A stretch of DNA of 64,000 bases. It comes from Escherichia coli. GTDB taxonomy: Bacteria; Pseudomonadota; Gammaproteobacteria; Enterobacterales; Enterobacteriaceae. The stretch lies in the NCBI RefSeq assembly GCF_009931435.1, contig NZ_CP043414.1; one strand, 5' to 3'. Shown here in pieces: positions 21,683 to 31,110 of this stretch (positions within the stretch are counted from its first letter, which is position 1; each line of letters opens with the position of its first letter). Made by a program: the position numbers and the translations under genes. The notes under the pieces are model-generated. The model was not told the DNA's origin, ran no database searches, and was given only the letters and a program-made list of their open reading frames with translations.

Positions 21683-22796
21683 TTTTAATCCTTTCCATTA
21701 TTTCCTTCGCAAAATCAAAACGCATATTTACATATTGTGTTGTATCAATTGCACCAGAAAAAATACCAATCTCATCAAAATTATACTTGTATTGTTCAAT
21801 AAGCTGTTTTAATTCAATATTTTTTGATAAAAATTCAAAACTTATCTGACTGAATACCATAACTAACACTTCGAATAATCCCATATTCACTGGTCGCCTT
21901 TTAGCACCTGATTTTGTTGAAAATCTAAATGCTTCTGAACCCAACGCTTTATAGACATTAGTCATACCAGTTATACAAGCATCTTCAACTTCTTCCAGTA
22001 ACTCATCATCAGCTTTTGTATTAATGAATTTCATCGCAGATGCTAAAAAAGCATCAATATCAGACCTAAATTCAACACCTGGCATTTGATTTGTTACAAG
22101 CAAATAAAATCCTACGAACCGCAAAACCAGATATCTGTCTCGCATACGCTCAGATTTTACGCCATTACCTGTTGCAAGCCTGAAAGACTCGTGTTCAGCG
22201 AGATCCTTAATTAACTTTGTGGCCTTGCCTTGATAAAGAGCATGCCGCATTTCCTGTTTATTTAGATTAATACCACTTCGATTTACACGCTCAAAAATAT
22301 TAAATTTCACATATTCAGGTGTTGGGGGTTGAATCACATAAGAATGTAACTGGCAATCTTCAAGCTTTGCTTGTAATAATGGAGGAATATCAGAAAATTT
22401 TTTTCCTCTCAAGTCAGGCAACATAGATAAATCAGTTAAAGAAAATTCATTGTTAACATAGCGTTTCAATGCAGATATTCGTTGTTTGCCATCAATGATT
22501 TGCCTGACACCATTTTCATCCTCAAAAAGATAAATTAATGGAATAGGAATCCCCATTAAAATAGATTCAATTAATTCTGACTGGTGTTTTCTATCCCAGA
22601 CAAGTTTACGCTGAAAATCTGGAGCAAGAACCAGTTGCCCACGAGCTTCGCGACGGAGTAATTCGAAAACACTGGATTGCTCTTTTGCAATTCGAACCTC
22701 AGTATCTGTCCCCATTTGATGCGGATGAGATGTTAACTCAAGCTCTTCTTGATCTTCGAGTTCAATGCTGTCGTTTTCTACATCCGCATTACTCAT
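21666..22796 (-). CDS. DUF262 (ParB/Srx-like) domain protein, first gene of the three-gene operon
   Basis: DUF262 motifs in order: PDFQRKLVW, IIDGKQR (DGQQR-type), NIFERVNRSGINLNKQE; acidic N-terminus; ATG at 22796. Confidence 0.8.
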   Translation of the reverse strand: MSNADVENDSIELEDQEELELTSHPHQMGTDTEVRIAKEQSSVFELLRREARGQLVLAPDFQRKLVWDRKHQSELIESILMGIPIPLIYLFEDENGVRQIIDGKQRISALKRYVNNEFSLTDLSMLPDLRGKKFSDIPPLLQAKLEDCQLHSYVIQPPTPEYVKFNIFERVNRSGINLNKQEMRHALYQGKATKLIKDLAEHESFRLATGNGVKSERMRDRYLVLRFVGFYLLVTNQMPGVEFRSDIDAFLASAMKFINTKADDELLEEVEDACITGMTNVYKALGSEAFRFSTKSGAKRRPVNMGLFEVLVMVFSQISFEFLSKNIELKQLIEQYKYNFDEIGIFSGAIDTTQYVNMRFDFAKEIMERIKNAYKY

Positions 22797-23036
22797 GGTA
22801 AAATTACCTTTAAAAATTTATCGAATTATTTATTCATAAAAATAGGGCGCTGAATCAAAATTTCAGCCCCTTAATCAACATGAATTATACCCTAACTTCC
22901 TTCTTGACTGCGACCTTCACTGCACCATTATGCGAGTTATCTCCAGAACATAATGCTCTCATACCGCCCTAAGTCATAGCCAGGCTATTGATTTTATGTA
23001 CAATCAGAATCGTCCTGATAAAAGCGAGAATACCCC

Positions 23037-25469
23037 ATGGCGGAACTGAACCTAAGTAACCTGACGGAAGCAGACATCATTACCAAATGCGTTATGCCAG
23101 CCATTCTCAATGCAGGCTGGGACAACACAACGCAAATCAGACAGGAGGTCAAACTCCGGGACGGTAAAGTCATCGTACGTGGTAAAGTTGCGGCACGCAG
23201 AACGGTAAAATCTGCTGACATCGTGCTGTATCACAAACCAGGCATTCCCTTAGCCGTGATTGAAGCAAAAGCCAACAAACATGAAATTGGCAAAGGGATG
23301 CAACAGGGCATTGAATATGCGCGCCTGCTGGACGTTCCTTTTGTTTTTGCCACCAACGGGGATGGCTTTATCTTCCGCGATGCCACCGCAGCCGAAGGTG
23401 AATGCCTTGAAAAGCAAATAACGCTGGATGACTTCCCCTCCCCCGCTGAACTCTGGCAAAAATTCTGCCTCTGGAAAGGATACACACAAGCTCAGCTTCC
23501 GGTGATTACTCAGGACTATTACGACGATGGCAGCGGTAAATCGCCACGTTATTACCAGCTTCAGGCAATCAACAAAACCATTGAAGCCGTCTCCAACGGG
23601 CAAAACCGCGTTCTGTTGGTCATGGCGACCGGAACAGGGAAAACCTATACCGCATTCCAGATCATCTGGCGCCTGTGGAAATCAAAAAATAAAAAACGCA
23701 TTCTGTTCCTTGCCGATCGCAACATTCTGGTCGACCAAACCAAAAATAATGATTTCCAGCCATTTGGTACGGCAATGACCAAAGTCAGCGGACGCACCAT
23801 TGATCCCGCTTATGAAATTCACCTCGCGCTCTATCAGGCTATAACTGGCCCGGAGGAAGACCAAAAAGCGTTTAAACAAGTCGCACCAGATTTCTTCGAT
23901 CTGATAGTCATCGACGAATGCCATCGCGGCAGCGCATCCGAAGACAGCGCCTGGCGAGAGATCCTTGATTATTTCAGTTCCGCCACCCAAATTGGCTTAA
24001 CCGCCACGCCAAAAGAGACGCATGAAGTCTCCAGCACGGATTACTTCGGCGATCCGGTTTACGTCTACTCGCTAAAAGAAGGGATCGAAGACGGCTTCCT
24101 CGCCCCTTATAAAGTTGTCCGTGTTGATATTGATGTTGATCTGCAAGGCTGGCGCCCAACCAAAGGGCAAACTGACTTAAACGGCGAAGTGATCGACGAT
24201 CGTATCTATAACCAGAAAGATTTCGATCGCACGATGGTAATCGACGAACGCACAGAACTGGTTGCCAGAACCATTACCGACTACCTCAAGCGCACCAATC
24301 CGATGGATAAAACCATCGTCTTCTGTAACGACATCGATCATGCAGAACGTATGCGCCGCGCCCTGGTTAATCTCAACTCGGAGCAGGTGAAAAAGAACGA
24401 CAAATACGTCATGAAAATCACCGGCGATGATGAAATTGGCAAAGCTCAGTTGGATAACTTCATCAACCCGAAAAAACCGTACCCGGTTATCGCGACCACT
24501 TCAGAGCTGATGACCACCGGTGTGGATGCTAAAACCTGCAAACTGGTAGTACTGGACCAGAACATCCAGTCGATGACCAAATTCAAGCAGATTATCGGTC
24601 GTGGTACACGCATCGACGAACGTTACGGCAAACTCTGGTTTACCATCCTCGACTTTAAAAAAGCCACCGAACTGTTTGCCGATGAGCGTTTCGATGGCAT
24701 TCCCGAAAAAGTCATGGATACCACACCAGAGGATATCACCGATCCAGAATCTGATTTTGAAGAGAAACTCGAAGAAATCAGCGAACATGACGACGAACAG
24801 GTAACGGGCGTTGATGAACCGCCTGCGCCACCATACCAGGTTACCGATACCGATGATGTCGGCCCACTTCCGGAAGAAGACGAGAAGAAAATCCGCAAGT
24901 TTCACGTCAACGGTGTCGCGGTGGGCGTTATTGCGCAGCGTGTTCAGTATTACGATGCCGACGGTAAACTGGTTACCGAATCTTTTAAAGATTACACCCG
25001 CAAAACACTGCTCAAAGAATATGCCTCGCTGGATGACTTTACCCGCAAGTGGCAGGACGCCGATCGCAAAGAAGCGATCATTCACGAGCTGGAGCAACAG
25101 GGGATCATCTGGGAAGTACTGGCAGAAGAAGTCGGTAAAGATCTCGACCCGTTCGACATGCTTTGCCACGTAGTGTATGGTCAGCCGCCGTTAACCCGCA
25201 AAGAGCGCGCCGAGAACGTGCGCAAGCGGAACTACTTCACAAAATACTCTGAAGCAGCGCAAGCCGTGCTCGATAATCTGCTGGATAAATACGCCGATGC
25301 GGGCGTACAGGAGATCGAAAGTATTCAGGTGCTGAAACTTAAACCATTCGACAGCATGGGCACTTTACCGGAGATTATTAAAACCGGATTTGGCGACCGT
25401 AACGGGTATAATCAGGCGCTCAGCGAGCTGGAAAACGAAATCTACCAATTACCGCCCCGCTCTGCTTAA
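23037..25469 (+). CDS. hsdR: Type I restriction enzyme R subunit (HsdR), non-K-12 family (likely IB-like)
   Basis: 810 aa; N-terminal HsdR nuclease region; helicase motif [11 protein letters not shown] and motif [10 protein letters not shown]; hsdR-hsdM-hsdS order. Confidence 0.9.
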   Translation: MAELNLSNLTEADIITKCVMPAILNAGWDNTTQIRQEVKLRDGKVIVRGKVAARRTVKSADIVLYHKPGIPLAVIEAKANKHEIGKGMQQGIEYARLLDVPFVFATNGDGFIFRDATAAEGECLEKQITLDDFPSPAELWQKFCLWKGYTQAQLPVITQDYYDDGSGKSPRYYQLQAINKTIEAVSNGQNRVLLVMATGTGKTYTAFQIIWRLWKSKNKKRILFLADRNILVDQTKNNDFQPFGTAMTKVSGRTIDPAYEIHLALYQAITGPEEDQKAFKQVAPDFFDLIVIDECHRGSASEDSAWREILDYFSSATQIGLTATPKETHEVSSTDYFGDPVYVYSLKEGIEDGFLAPYKVVRVDIDVDLQGWRPTKGQTDLNGEVIDDRIYNQKDFDRTMVIDERTELVARTITDYLKRTNPMDKTIVFCNDIDHAERMRRALVNLNSEQVKKNDKYVMKITGDDEIGKAQLDNFINPKKPYPVIATTSELMTTGVDAKTCKLVVLDQNIQSMTKFKQIIGRGTRIDERYGKLWFTILDFKKATELFADERFDGIPEKVMDTTPEDITDPESDFEEKLEEISEHDDEQVTGVDEPPAPPYQVTDTDDVGPLPEEDEKKIRKFHVNGVAVGVIAQRVQYYDADGKLVTESFKDYTRKTLLKEYASLDDFTRKWQDADRKEAIIHELEQQGIIWEVLAEEVGKDLDPFDMLCHVVYGQPPLTRKERAENVRKRNYFTKYSEAAQAVLDNLLDKYADAGVQEIESIQVLKLKPFDSMGTLPEIIKTGFGDRNGYNQALSELENEIYQLPPRSA

Positions 25470-25499
25470 CAACTCTCTTTTGCGCCTTCTGCAACCATC

Positions 25500-27005
25500 A
25501 TGTTGCAGAAGGCCTTGTTTTTCATGGAATACAACATGTCTATCAGCTCAGTAATCAAATCATTACAAGATATTATGCGCAAAGATGCCGGTGTGGATGG
25601 CGATGCGCAGCGTCTCGGTCAGCTCTCCTGGCTGCTGTTTTTGAAAATCTTCGATGCCCAGGAAGAGGCGCTGGAACTGGAGCAGGATAACTATCAATAT
25701 CCGATCCCACAGCGTTATTTGTGGCGCAGTTGGGCCGCCAACGCGCAGGGCATTACCGGTGATTCCCTGCTGGAATTCGTTAATGATGATCTGTTCCCGG
25801 CGTTGAAAAACCTCACTGCGCCTATCGATAAAAACCCACGCGGCTACGTGGTGAAGCAGGCGTTCAGCGATGCCTATAACTATATGAAAAACGGTACGCT
25901 ACTGCGTCAGGTGATCAACAAGCTGAACGAAATTGACTTTACCAGCGCCAGCGAACGCCATCTGTTTGGTGATATTTACGAACAGATCCTTAAAGATCTG
26001 CAATCTGCGGGCAATGCTGGCGAATTCTATACTCCACGCGCCGTCACTCGCTTTATGGTGGATCGCGTTGATCCGAAACTCGGCGAATCCATTATGGACC
26101 CGGCCTGCGGTACGGGCGGTTTTCTTGCCTGCGCATTTGATCATGTAAAGAACAAATACGTGAAGAGCGTCGCCGATCATCAGACTCTGCAACAACAGAT
26201 CCACGGTGTCGAGAAAAAACAGCTTCCGCACCTGCTGGCGACCACCAATATGCTGCTGCACGGCATTGAAGTACCGGTACAAATTCGTCACGACAACACC
26301 CTGAATAAACCGCTTTCCTCCTGGGATGAGCAACTGGATGTGATTGTTACCAACCCGCCATTTGGTGGCACGGAAGAAGACGGTATTGAGAAGAACTTTC
26401 CGGCAGAGATGCAAACCCGCGAAACGGCGGATCTGTTCCTGCAACTGATTGTGGAAGTACTGGCGAAAAACGGTCGCGCGGCGGTGGTATTGCCGGATGG
26501 CACACTATTTGGCGAAGGCGTTAAAACCAAAATCAAAAAACTGCTTACCGAAGAGTGCAACCTGCATACCATCGTGCGTTTACCGAATGGGGTGTTTAAC
26601 CCCTATACCGGCATTAAAACCAACCTGTTGTTCTTTACCAAAGGTCAGCCAACCAAAGAGATTTGGTTCTATGAGCATCCGTATCCGGCGGGCGTGAAAA
26701 ATTACAGTAAAACCAAGCCGATGAAGTTTGAAGAGTTTCAGGCGGAGATCGACTGGTGGGGGAACGAGGCCGATGGTTTTGCCAGCCGCGTCGAGAATGA
26801 GCAGGCGTGGAAAGTCAGCATTGATGACGTGATTGCGCGTAACTTCAATCTGGATATTAAAAACCCACATCAGGCGGAAACCGTTAGCCATGATCCGGAC
26901 GAGCTGTTAGCGCAGTATGCAAAGCAGCAGGCGGAGATCCAGACGCTGCGTAATCAACTGCGCGATATTCTTGGCGCTGCGCTGTCTGGCAAGGAGGTTA
27001 ACTGA
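25500..27005 (+). CDS. hsdM: Type I restriction-modification N6-adenine methyltransferase subunit (HsdM)
   Basis: AdoMet motif DPACGTGGFL and catalytic NPPFGG; alternative starts at 25524 or 25536; stop overlaps hsdS start by 1 nt. Confidence 0.9.
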   Translation: MLQKALFFMEYNMSISSVIKSLQDIMRKDAGVDGDAQRLGQLSWLLFLKIFDAQEEALELEQDNYQYPIPQRYLWRSWAANAQGITGDSLLEFVNDDLFPALKNLTAPIDKNPRGYVVKQAFSDAYNYMKNGTLLRQVINKLNEIDFTSASERHLFGDIYEQILKDLQSAGNAGEFYTPRAVTRFMVDRVDPKLGESIMDPACGTGGFLACAFDHVKNKYVKSVADHQTLQQQIHGVEKKQLPHLLATTNMLLHGIEVPVQIRHDNTLNKPLSSWDEQLDVIVTNPPFGGTEEDGIEKNFPAEMQTRETADLFLQLIVEVLAKNGRAAVVLPDGTLFGEGVKTKIKKLLTEECNLHTIVRLPNGVFNPYTGIKTNLLFFTKGQPTKEIWFYEHPYPAGVKNYSKTKPMKFEEFQAEIDWWGNEADGFASRVENEQAWKVSIDDVIARNFNLDIKNPHQAETVSHDPDELLAQYAKQQAEIQTLRNQLRDILGAALSGKEVN

Positions 27006-28753
27006 TGAGTGTGGAAAAGCTGATCGTTGATCATATGGAAACCTGGACCTCGGCGTTGCAAACCCGTTCCACCGCCGGGCGCGGCAGTTCCGGAAAAATT
27101 GATTTATATGGCATTAAGAAATTACGTGAGCTGATTCTGGAACTGGCTGTGCGCGGTAAACTGGTGCCGCAGGATCCGAATGATGAACCGGCGTCGGAGC
27201 TGCTGAAGCGTAATGAAGAACGGAAAAAAGAATTAGCGCGCAATAATGGTATGAAAACCACAGCAAGCACTAATATCCATGGAAATGAATATTATATCGA
27301 TACCCCCGAAAAGTGGTCATGGATAAGACTTGGTAATTTAGCTAAATTCATCGATTACCGAGGGAAAACACCACATAAAAAAGAAAATGGTATAAGGCTT
27401 ATAACAGCAAAAAATATCAGAAAGGGCTGTATTGATCTCAATCCAGAAGAATTCATATCTGAAGAAGATTACATATCATGGATGACAAGAGGCTTTCCTA
27501 AATGTGGTGATATTTTATTCACAACTGAAGCACCACTGGGGAATGCAGCGATTATTGATTTAGACGGAAAGTTCGCTCTTGCTCAACGTTCTATCTGTTT
27601 TCAATGGCATACTCCAGAGATAAGCCCTTTTATGCTTATTCAAATCCTGGCGATCCCCTTCCAGTCACAACTAAGTGACAAATCTACAGGCATGACCGCA
27701 ACAGGAATAAAAGCGTCTAAGTTAAAAGAGATCCCTGTTATTTTACCACCTTACCAAGAACAAATACGTATTGTATCCAAAGTACAGGAGTTCATGTCCC
27801 TATGTGACCAACTGGAACAGCAATCCCTGACCACTCTGGACGCACATCAGCAACTGGTTGAAACCCTGTTGGGAACGCTTACAGACAGCCAAAACGCCGA
27901 GGAACTGGCTGAAAACTGGGCGCGTATTAGCGAGCATTTCGACACCCTATTTACCACCGAAGCCAGCGTGGATGCGTTAAAACAGACCATTCTGCAACTG
28001 GCCGTAATGGGCAAACTTGTGCCGCATGATCCGAATGACGAACCAGCCTCTGAACTGCTCAAACGAATTGCGCAGGAAAAAGCTCAACTGGTGAAAGAAG
28101 GAAAAATAAAAAAACAAAAACCGTTGCCGCCGATTAGCGATGAGGAAAAACCTTTTGAACTGCCGGAAGGGTGGGAATGGATTAGACTAGGAAATATTGG
28201 TGAAGTTAAAGGGGGCGGAACCCCAAGTAAAAACAATCCTGATTTTTGGAAAGGTAATATTCCATGGGTTTCACCAAAGGATATGAAGGTTAATTACATC
28301 TCCAAAAGTCAACTAAATATTTCAAAAGAGGCTGTATTGGAGAGTTCAGTACATCTAATTCCTGAAAATAGTCTTATTTTTGTTGTCCGAGGCATGATTT
28401 TAGCCCATACATTCCCCGTAGCAATAACAAAAAAAGAAGTCACTATTAATCAAGATATGAAAGCCATATCAACTAATCAATTAAATACTGATTTTTTAAT
28501 TTACTTACTTAAAGCAAACGAGACTCGAGTAATATGCTTAGTTGACCGCTCCTCTCATGGCACATGTAAACTTGTTTCAGATAAACTTTTCAATTTGGTT
28601 TTACCGTTGCCTCCATTAGAAGAACAATTTCGTATTACAGAACGAATAAATATGCTATTAGCTTATTGTGATAGATTGAAAAATTATATAAATCTAAAAA
28701 AACAAACCCAACTGCACCTTGCAGATGCACTCACTGACGCGGCGATAAACTAA
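27005..28753 (+). CDS. hsdS: Type I restriction-modification specificity subunit (HsdS) with two target-recognition domains
   Basis: 582 aa; duplicated conserved segment LAVRGKLVPQDPNDEPASELLKR / LAVMGKLVPHDPNDEPASELLKR flanking AT-rich variable TRDs. Confidence 0.88.
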   Translation: MSVEKLIVDHMETWTSALQTRSTAGRGSSGKIDLYGIKKLRELILELAVRGKLVPQDPNDEPASELLKRNEERKKELARNNGMKTTASTNIHGNEYYIDTPEKWSWIRLGNLAKFIDYRGKTPHKKENGIRLITAKNIRKGCIDLNPEEFISEEDYISWMTRGFPKCGDILFTTEAPLGNAAIIDLDGKFALAQRSICFQWHTPEISPFMLIQILAIPFQSQLSDKSTGMTATGIKASKLKEIPVILPPYQEQIRIVSKVQEFMSLCDQLEQQSLTTLDAHQQLVETLLGTLTDSQNAEELAENWARISEHFDTLFTTEASVDALKQTILQLAVMGKLVPHDPNDEPASELLKRIAQEKAQLVKEGKIKKQKPLPPISDEEKPFELPEGWEWIRLGNIGEVKGGGTPSKNNPDFWKGNIPWVSPKDMKVNYISKSQLNISKEAVLESSVHLIPENSLIFVVRGMILAHTFPVAITKKEVTINQDMKAISTNQLNTDFLIYLLKANETRVICLVDRSSHGTCKLVSDKLFNLVLPLPPLEEQFRITERINMLLAYCDRLKNYINLKKQTQLHLADALTDAAIN

Positions 28754-28777
28754 TTTTCTCGCCCTCATAAAACCAAT

Positions 28778-28803
28778 AAAGCGGCTAAATAGCCGCTTTA
28801 TTC
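28778..28803 (+). terminator. Rho-independent terminator after hsdS
   Basis: aaagcggct-aaat-agccgcttt hairpin followed by AT-rich tract. Confidence 0.5.
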
Positions 28804-28878
28804 ACATCACCAAAAATTATATTTTACGCTAATTTTCATCTTATTTTCATTAATTTTTAGCTGGACTTTCCCCATATT

Positions 28879-28898
28879 TACTGATGATATGTCCAGGT
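28879..28898. promoter_or_regulatory. Candidate LexA operator (SOS box) upstream of symE
   Basis: tactgatgatatgtccaggt contains CTG-N10-CAG spacing about 75 nt upstream of the symE ATG. Confidence 0.45.
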
Positions 28899-28899
28899 A

Positions 28900-28980
28900 T
28901 TTAGCGCGGTGCGAATGTGCGCCAACACACCCGCACCGCTCATCACAATCCCTATTTCACGAGAATAGTAATCATGACTG
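28900..28980 (-). ncRNA. symR: Putative SymR antisense sRNA (antitoxin of SymE), approximate coordinates
   Basis: Inferred from established symE/SymR arrangement (cis-antisense RNA over the symE 5' UTR and start codon); ends not determinable by eye. Confidence 0.3.
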
Positions 28981-29315
28981 ACACGCATTCTATTGCACAA
29001 CCGTTCGAAGCAGAAGTCTCCCCGGCAAATAACCGTCAATTAACCGTGAGTTATGCGAGCCGCTACCCGGATTACAGCCGTATTCCCGCCATCACTCTGA
29101 AAGGTCAGTGGCTGGAAACCGCCGGTTTTACCACCGGCACGGCGGTAGATGTCAAAGTGATGGAAGGCTGTATTGTCCTCACCGCCCAACCACCCGCCGC
29201 CGAGGAGAGCGAACTGATGCAGTCACTGCGCCAGGTGTGCAAACTGTCAGCGCGTAAACAGAAGCAGGTGCAGGAGTTTATTGGGGTGATTGCCGGTAAA
29301 CAGAAAGTCGCCTGA
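28974..29315 (+). CDS. symE: SOS-induced type I toxin SymE
   Basis: Translation from ATG 28974 ([34 protein letters not shown]..., 113 aa) matches SymE; ORF-track start 28917 rejected. Confidence 0.9.
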   Translation: MTDTHSIAQPFEAEVSPANNRQLTVSYASRYPDYSRIPAITLKGQWLETAGFTTGTAVDVKVMEGCIVLTAQPPAAEESELMQSLRQVCKLSARKQKQVQEFIGVIAGKQKVA

Positions 29316-29323
29316 TACATTGA

Positions 29324-29347
29324 CCCGGTAGCGCCAGTGCTACCGGG
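29324..29347. terminator. Hairpin cccggtagc-gccagt-gctaccggg between convergent symE and the GmrSD-like gene
   Basis: 9-bp GC-rich stem followed by tattatt. Confidence 0.45.
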
Positions 29348-29361
29348 TATTATTCGCCACG

Positions 29362-31110
29362 TTATACCAACGCGCTCTCCATCTGTTTTTCAAATGCCTG
29401 ACGGATTAATCCCATAATGTAAGGAAGTTGTGCGAGGTCGCTGAAACCAATTTCTACATCGCCATTGCCCCAGCGCCCAACATTTGTCACATCTTTGGCA
29501 ATACCTTTCGGATCGACCAGTTCATGAAACTGCATATTAAGCGACAATCGCAGTCGGCTTTTTTGCGGCACAACATCAACAAAATTCGTTTCCGCTTTAA
29601 ACGCAATATAGAGCTTCAATACTTCCTGCGTGATCCCTGCGTCCAGGCGCAAAACTTCATCGCTAAGATGATCGAATAACACCCGGCTATGCGAACCATC
29701 AGCAAGAAAAGGATAATCACTCAGGCTGTAACTGGTTTTGTTTTCCGGCTGCCCCCGATAAACAGCTAAAACCTCTTCAGGAAGAGAAGGCGCTTGCCAG
29801 ACCTGAACCGCGAGATCGGCCAGACGATCGGCTCGGGCGTGAATGGCAGCTTCATCCCATTTTTCGCACTGTCCAAGACCGATATTCAAATAAAGCGGGC
29901 TATGCTTAAAGCCGTCTTCAATATCGCGTTTTTCCGCGAAAGGTCTGTCACTGTAGCGGGAGTTATAGCGCGTTAAAGTGAGATTCCCCAACGTATGCAA
30001 CAATTCTTTATGAATACGCTGCCAGTCGCTTCCCAGCTCTTCGCGCCATTTAGCCGACAAATTTTCGTTCTGCGGCATAATGTGCTCAATCGTAAACTCT
30101 TCCACGCGCTCTCTGCGTTTATTGTTTTCCAGTCGTCGTAACCAGTAACTGCGACTGCGGAAGTTATAGAGATCGCGAACTTTTAATTCCCGTTTAAATT
30201 CATCATCGTTGGGGAAACGACGATATGAAGGTAGATTCAGAAAATGTACCTGAATACTTTCCAGATAATTTTCTTTATTAATAACTTTATAAAAAGTGGC
30301 AAACGTCTTGTTAAGAGAATTTGTTGGAATCGCACATACTGCACGGCGGAAAACATAAGATTCAATTAAACGAATTATGCTCAGGAAATCTTCACGAGAC
30401 AAAACGCCATTTTTATAGTCATGATAAAGCGCCAGTAAGAAAGGATACGCCACATCGACTTTTAACTCGCGCAAATCCTGAAAAGCCGTAGCAAGCGATT
30501 TGTCACTTTCTTTTCCCAATGCCATTGCACAGTAATACTCCGCGTAGATGTGAATATCTTCAACCAGCCGATCTACGCCTTTTTCAGCAACACTCTGGCT
30601 ACGGGCATGGAGTTTAAAAGCCTCATAGACTTCATCTGTCCGAGGGATCTCCCCCGTTTTTACCGTCAGATAATGACGCATAAAACTGTCAAAATATTCG
30701 CTGTAACCTTGCTGACCAAAGGCGACTTCCATGGGTCGCCAGTGATCTTCATACAACCGGGTTTGATGCTCTGGTTCGAGACCCATCAGAATAAAATTGC
30801 GCACCAGATCGGCCTGACTTAACGCCTTACCGGTGGAGTTCATACTTTCAAAAATCAGTTGCGGATTATCCTGACCACGATTAAGCGCCACATCGACAAT
30901 TAATAACTTTGCTAACCCACGACATAAGGGGATCAAGTCATCACCGAGTTTGGCAATTTGTTCATCAAAGAAAGTAAAGTTTTCCATTATTCGATGGGAA
31001 TAGTTTTCTGGCATTGGTCTTTGTTTTATTAACGCCAGCAAACTGTCTTTATCAGTCTCGGTAAGCAGTAATTTAAATCCTTTCTCGCCGGACTCATAAG
31101 GATTGAGCAA
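29362..31110 (-). CDS. GmrSD-family-like protein (DUF262 C-terminal portion plus DUF1524/HNH), probably 5'-truncated; candidate type IV restriction remnant
   Basis: C-terminal region has EHIMPQNENLSAKWREELG (DUF1524 His-Me type); N-terminal region has only the distal DUF262 motif (IFESMNSTGKALSQADLVRNF); first in-frame codon is TTG with a stop 8 codons upstream. Confidence 0.6.
   Translation of the reverse strand: MLNPYESGEKGFKLLLTETDKDSLLALIKQRPMPENYSHRIMENFTFFDEQIAKLGDDLIPLCRGLAKLLIVDVALNRGQDNPQLIFESMNSTGKALSQADLVRNFILMGLEPEHQTRLYEDHWRPMEVAFGQQGYSEYFDSFMRHYLTVKTGEIPRTDEVYEAFKLHARSQSVAEKGVDRLVEDIHIYAEYYCAMALGKESDKSLATAFQDLRELKVDVAYPFLLALYHDYKNGVLSREDFLSIIRLIESYVFRRAVCAIPTNSLNKTFATFYKVINKENYLESIQVHFLNLPSYRRFPNDDEFKRELKVRDLYNFRSRSYWLRRLENNKRRERVEEFTIEHIMPQNENLSAKWREELGSDWQRIHKELLHTLGNLTLTRYNSRYSDRPFAEKRDIEDGFKHSPLYLNIGLGQCEKWDEAAIHARADRLADLAVQVWQAPSLPEEVLAVYRGQPENKTSYSLSDYPFLADGSHSRVLFDHLSDEVLRLDAGITQEVLKLYIAFKAETNFVDVVPQKSRLRLSLNMQFHELVDPKGIAKDVTNVGRWGNGDVEIGFSDLAQLPYIMGLIRQAFEKQMESALV

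Noticed and set aside
19830-22900. Mobile element (IS or prophage) as the vehicle for the AT-rich three-gene block, and likewise for the islets at 10426..16214 and 39480..49659
   Set aside because: No transposase, integrase, tRNA attachment site, or flanking direct or inverted repeats could be identified; the insertions look like allelic replacement by recombination. Short target-site duplications cannot be excluded by eye.
24501-25169. 222-aa minus-strand ORF inside hsdR, and similar antisense ORFs inside tsr (9303..9860) and hsdM (25899..26444)
   Set aside because: Shadow ORFs on the opposite strand of strongly supported coding sequences.
28917-28973. N-terminal extension of symE from the ORF-track start
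   Set aside because: The extension would run through the candidate LexA box and promoter region; the protein from ATG 28974 matches SymE.
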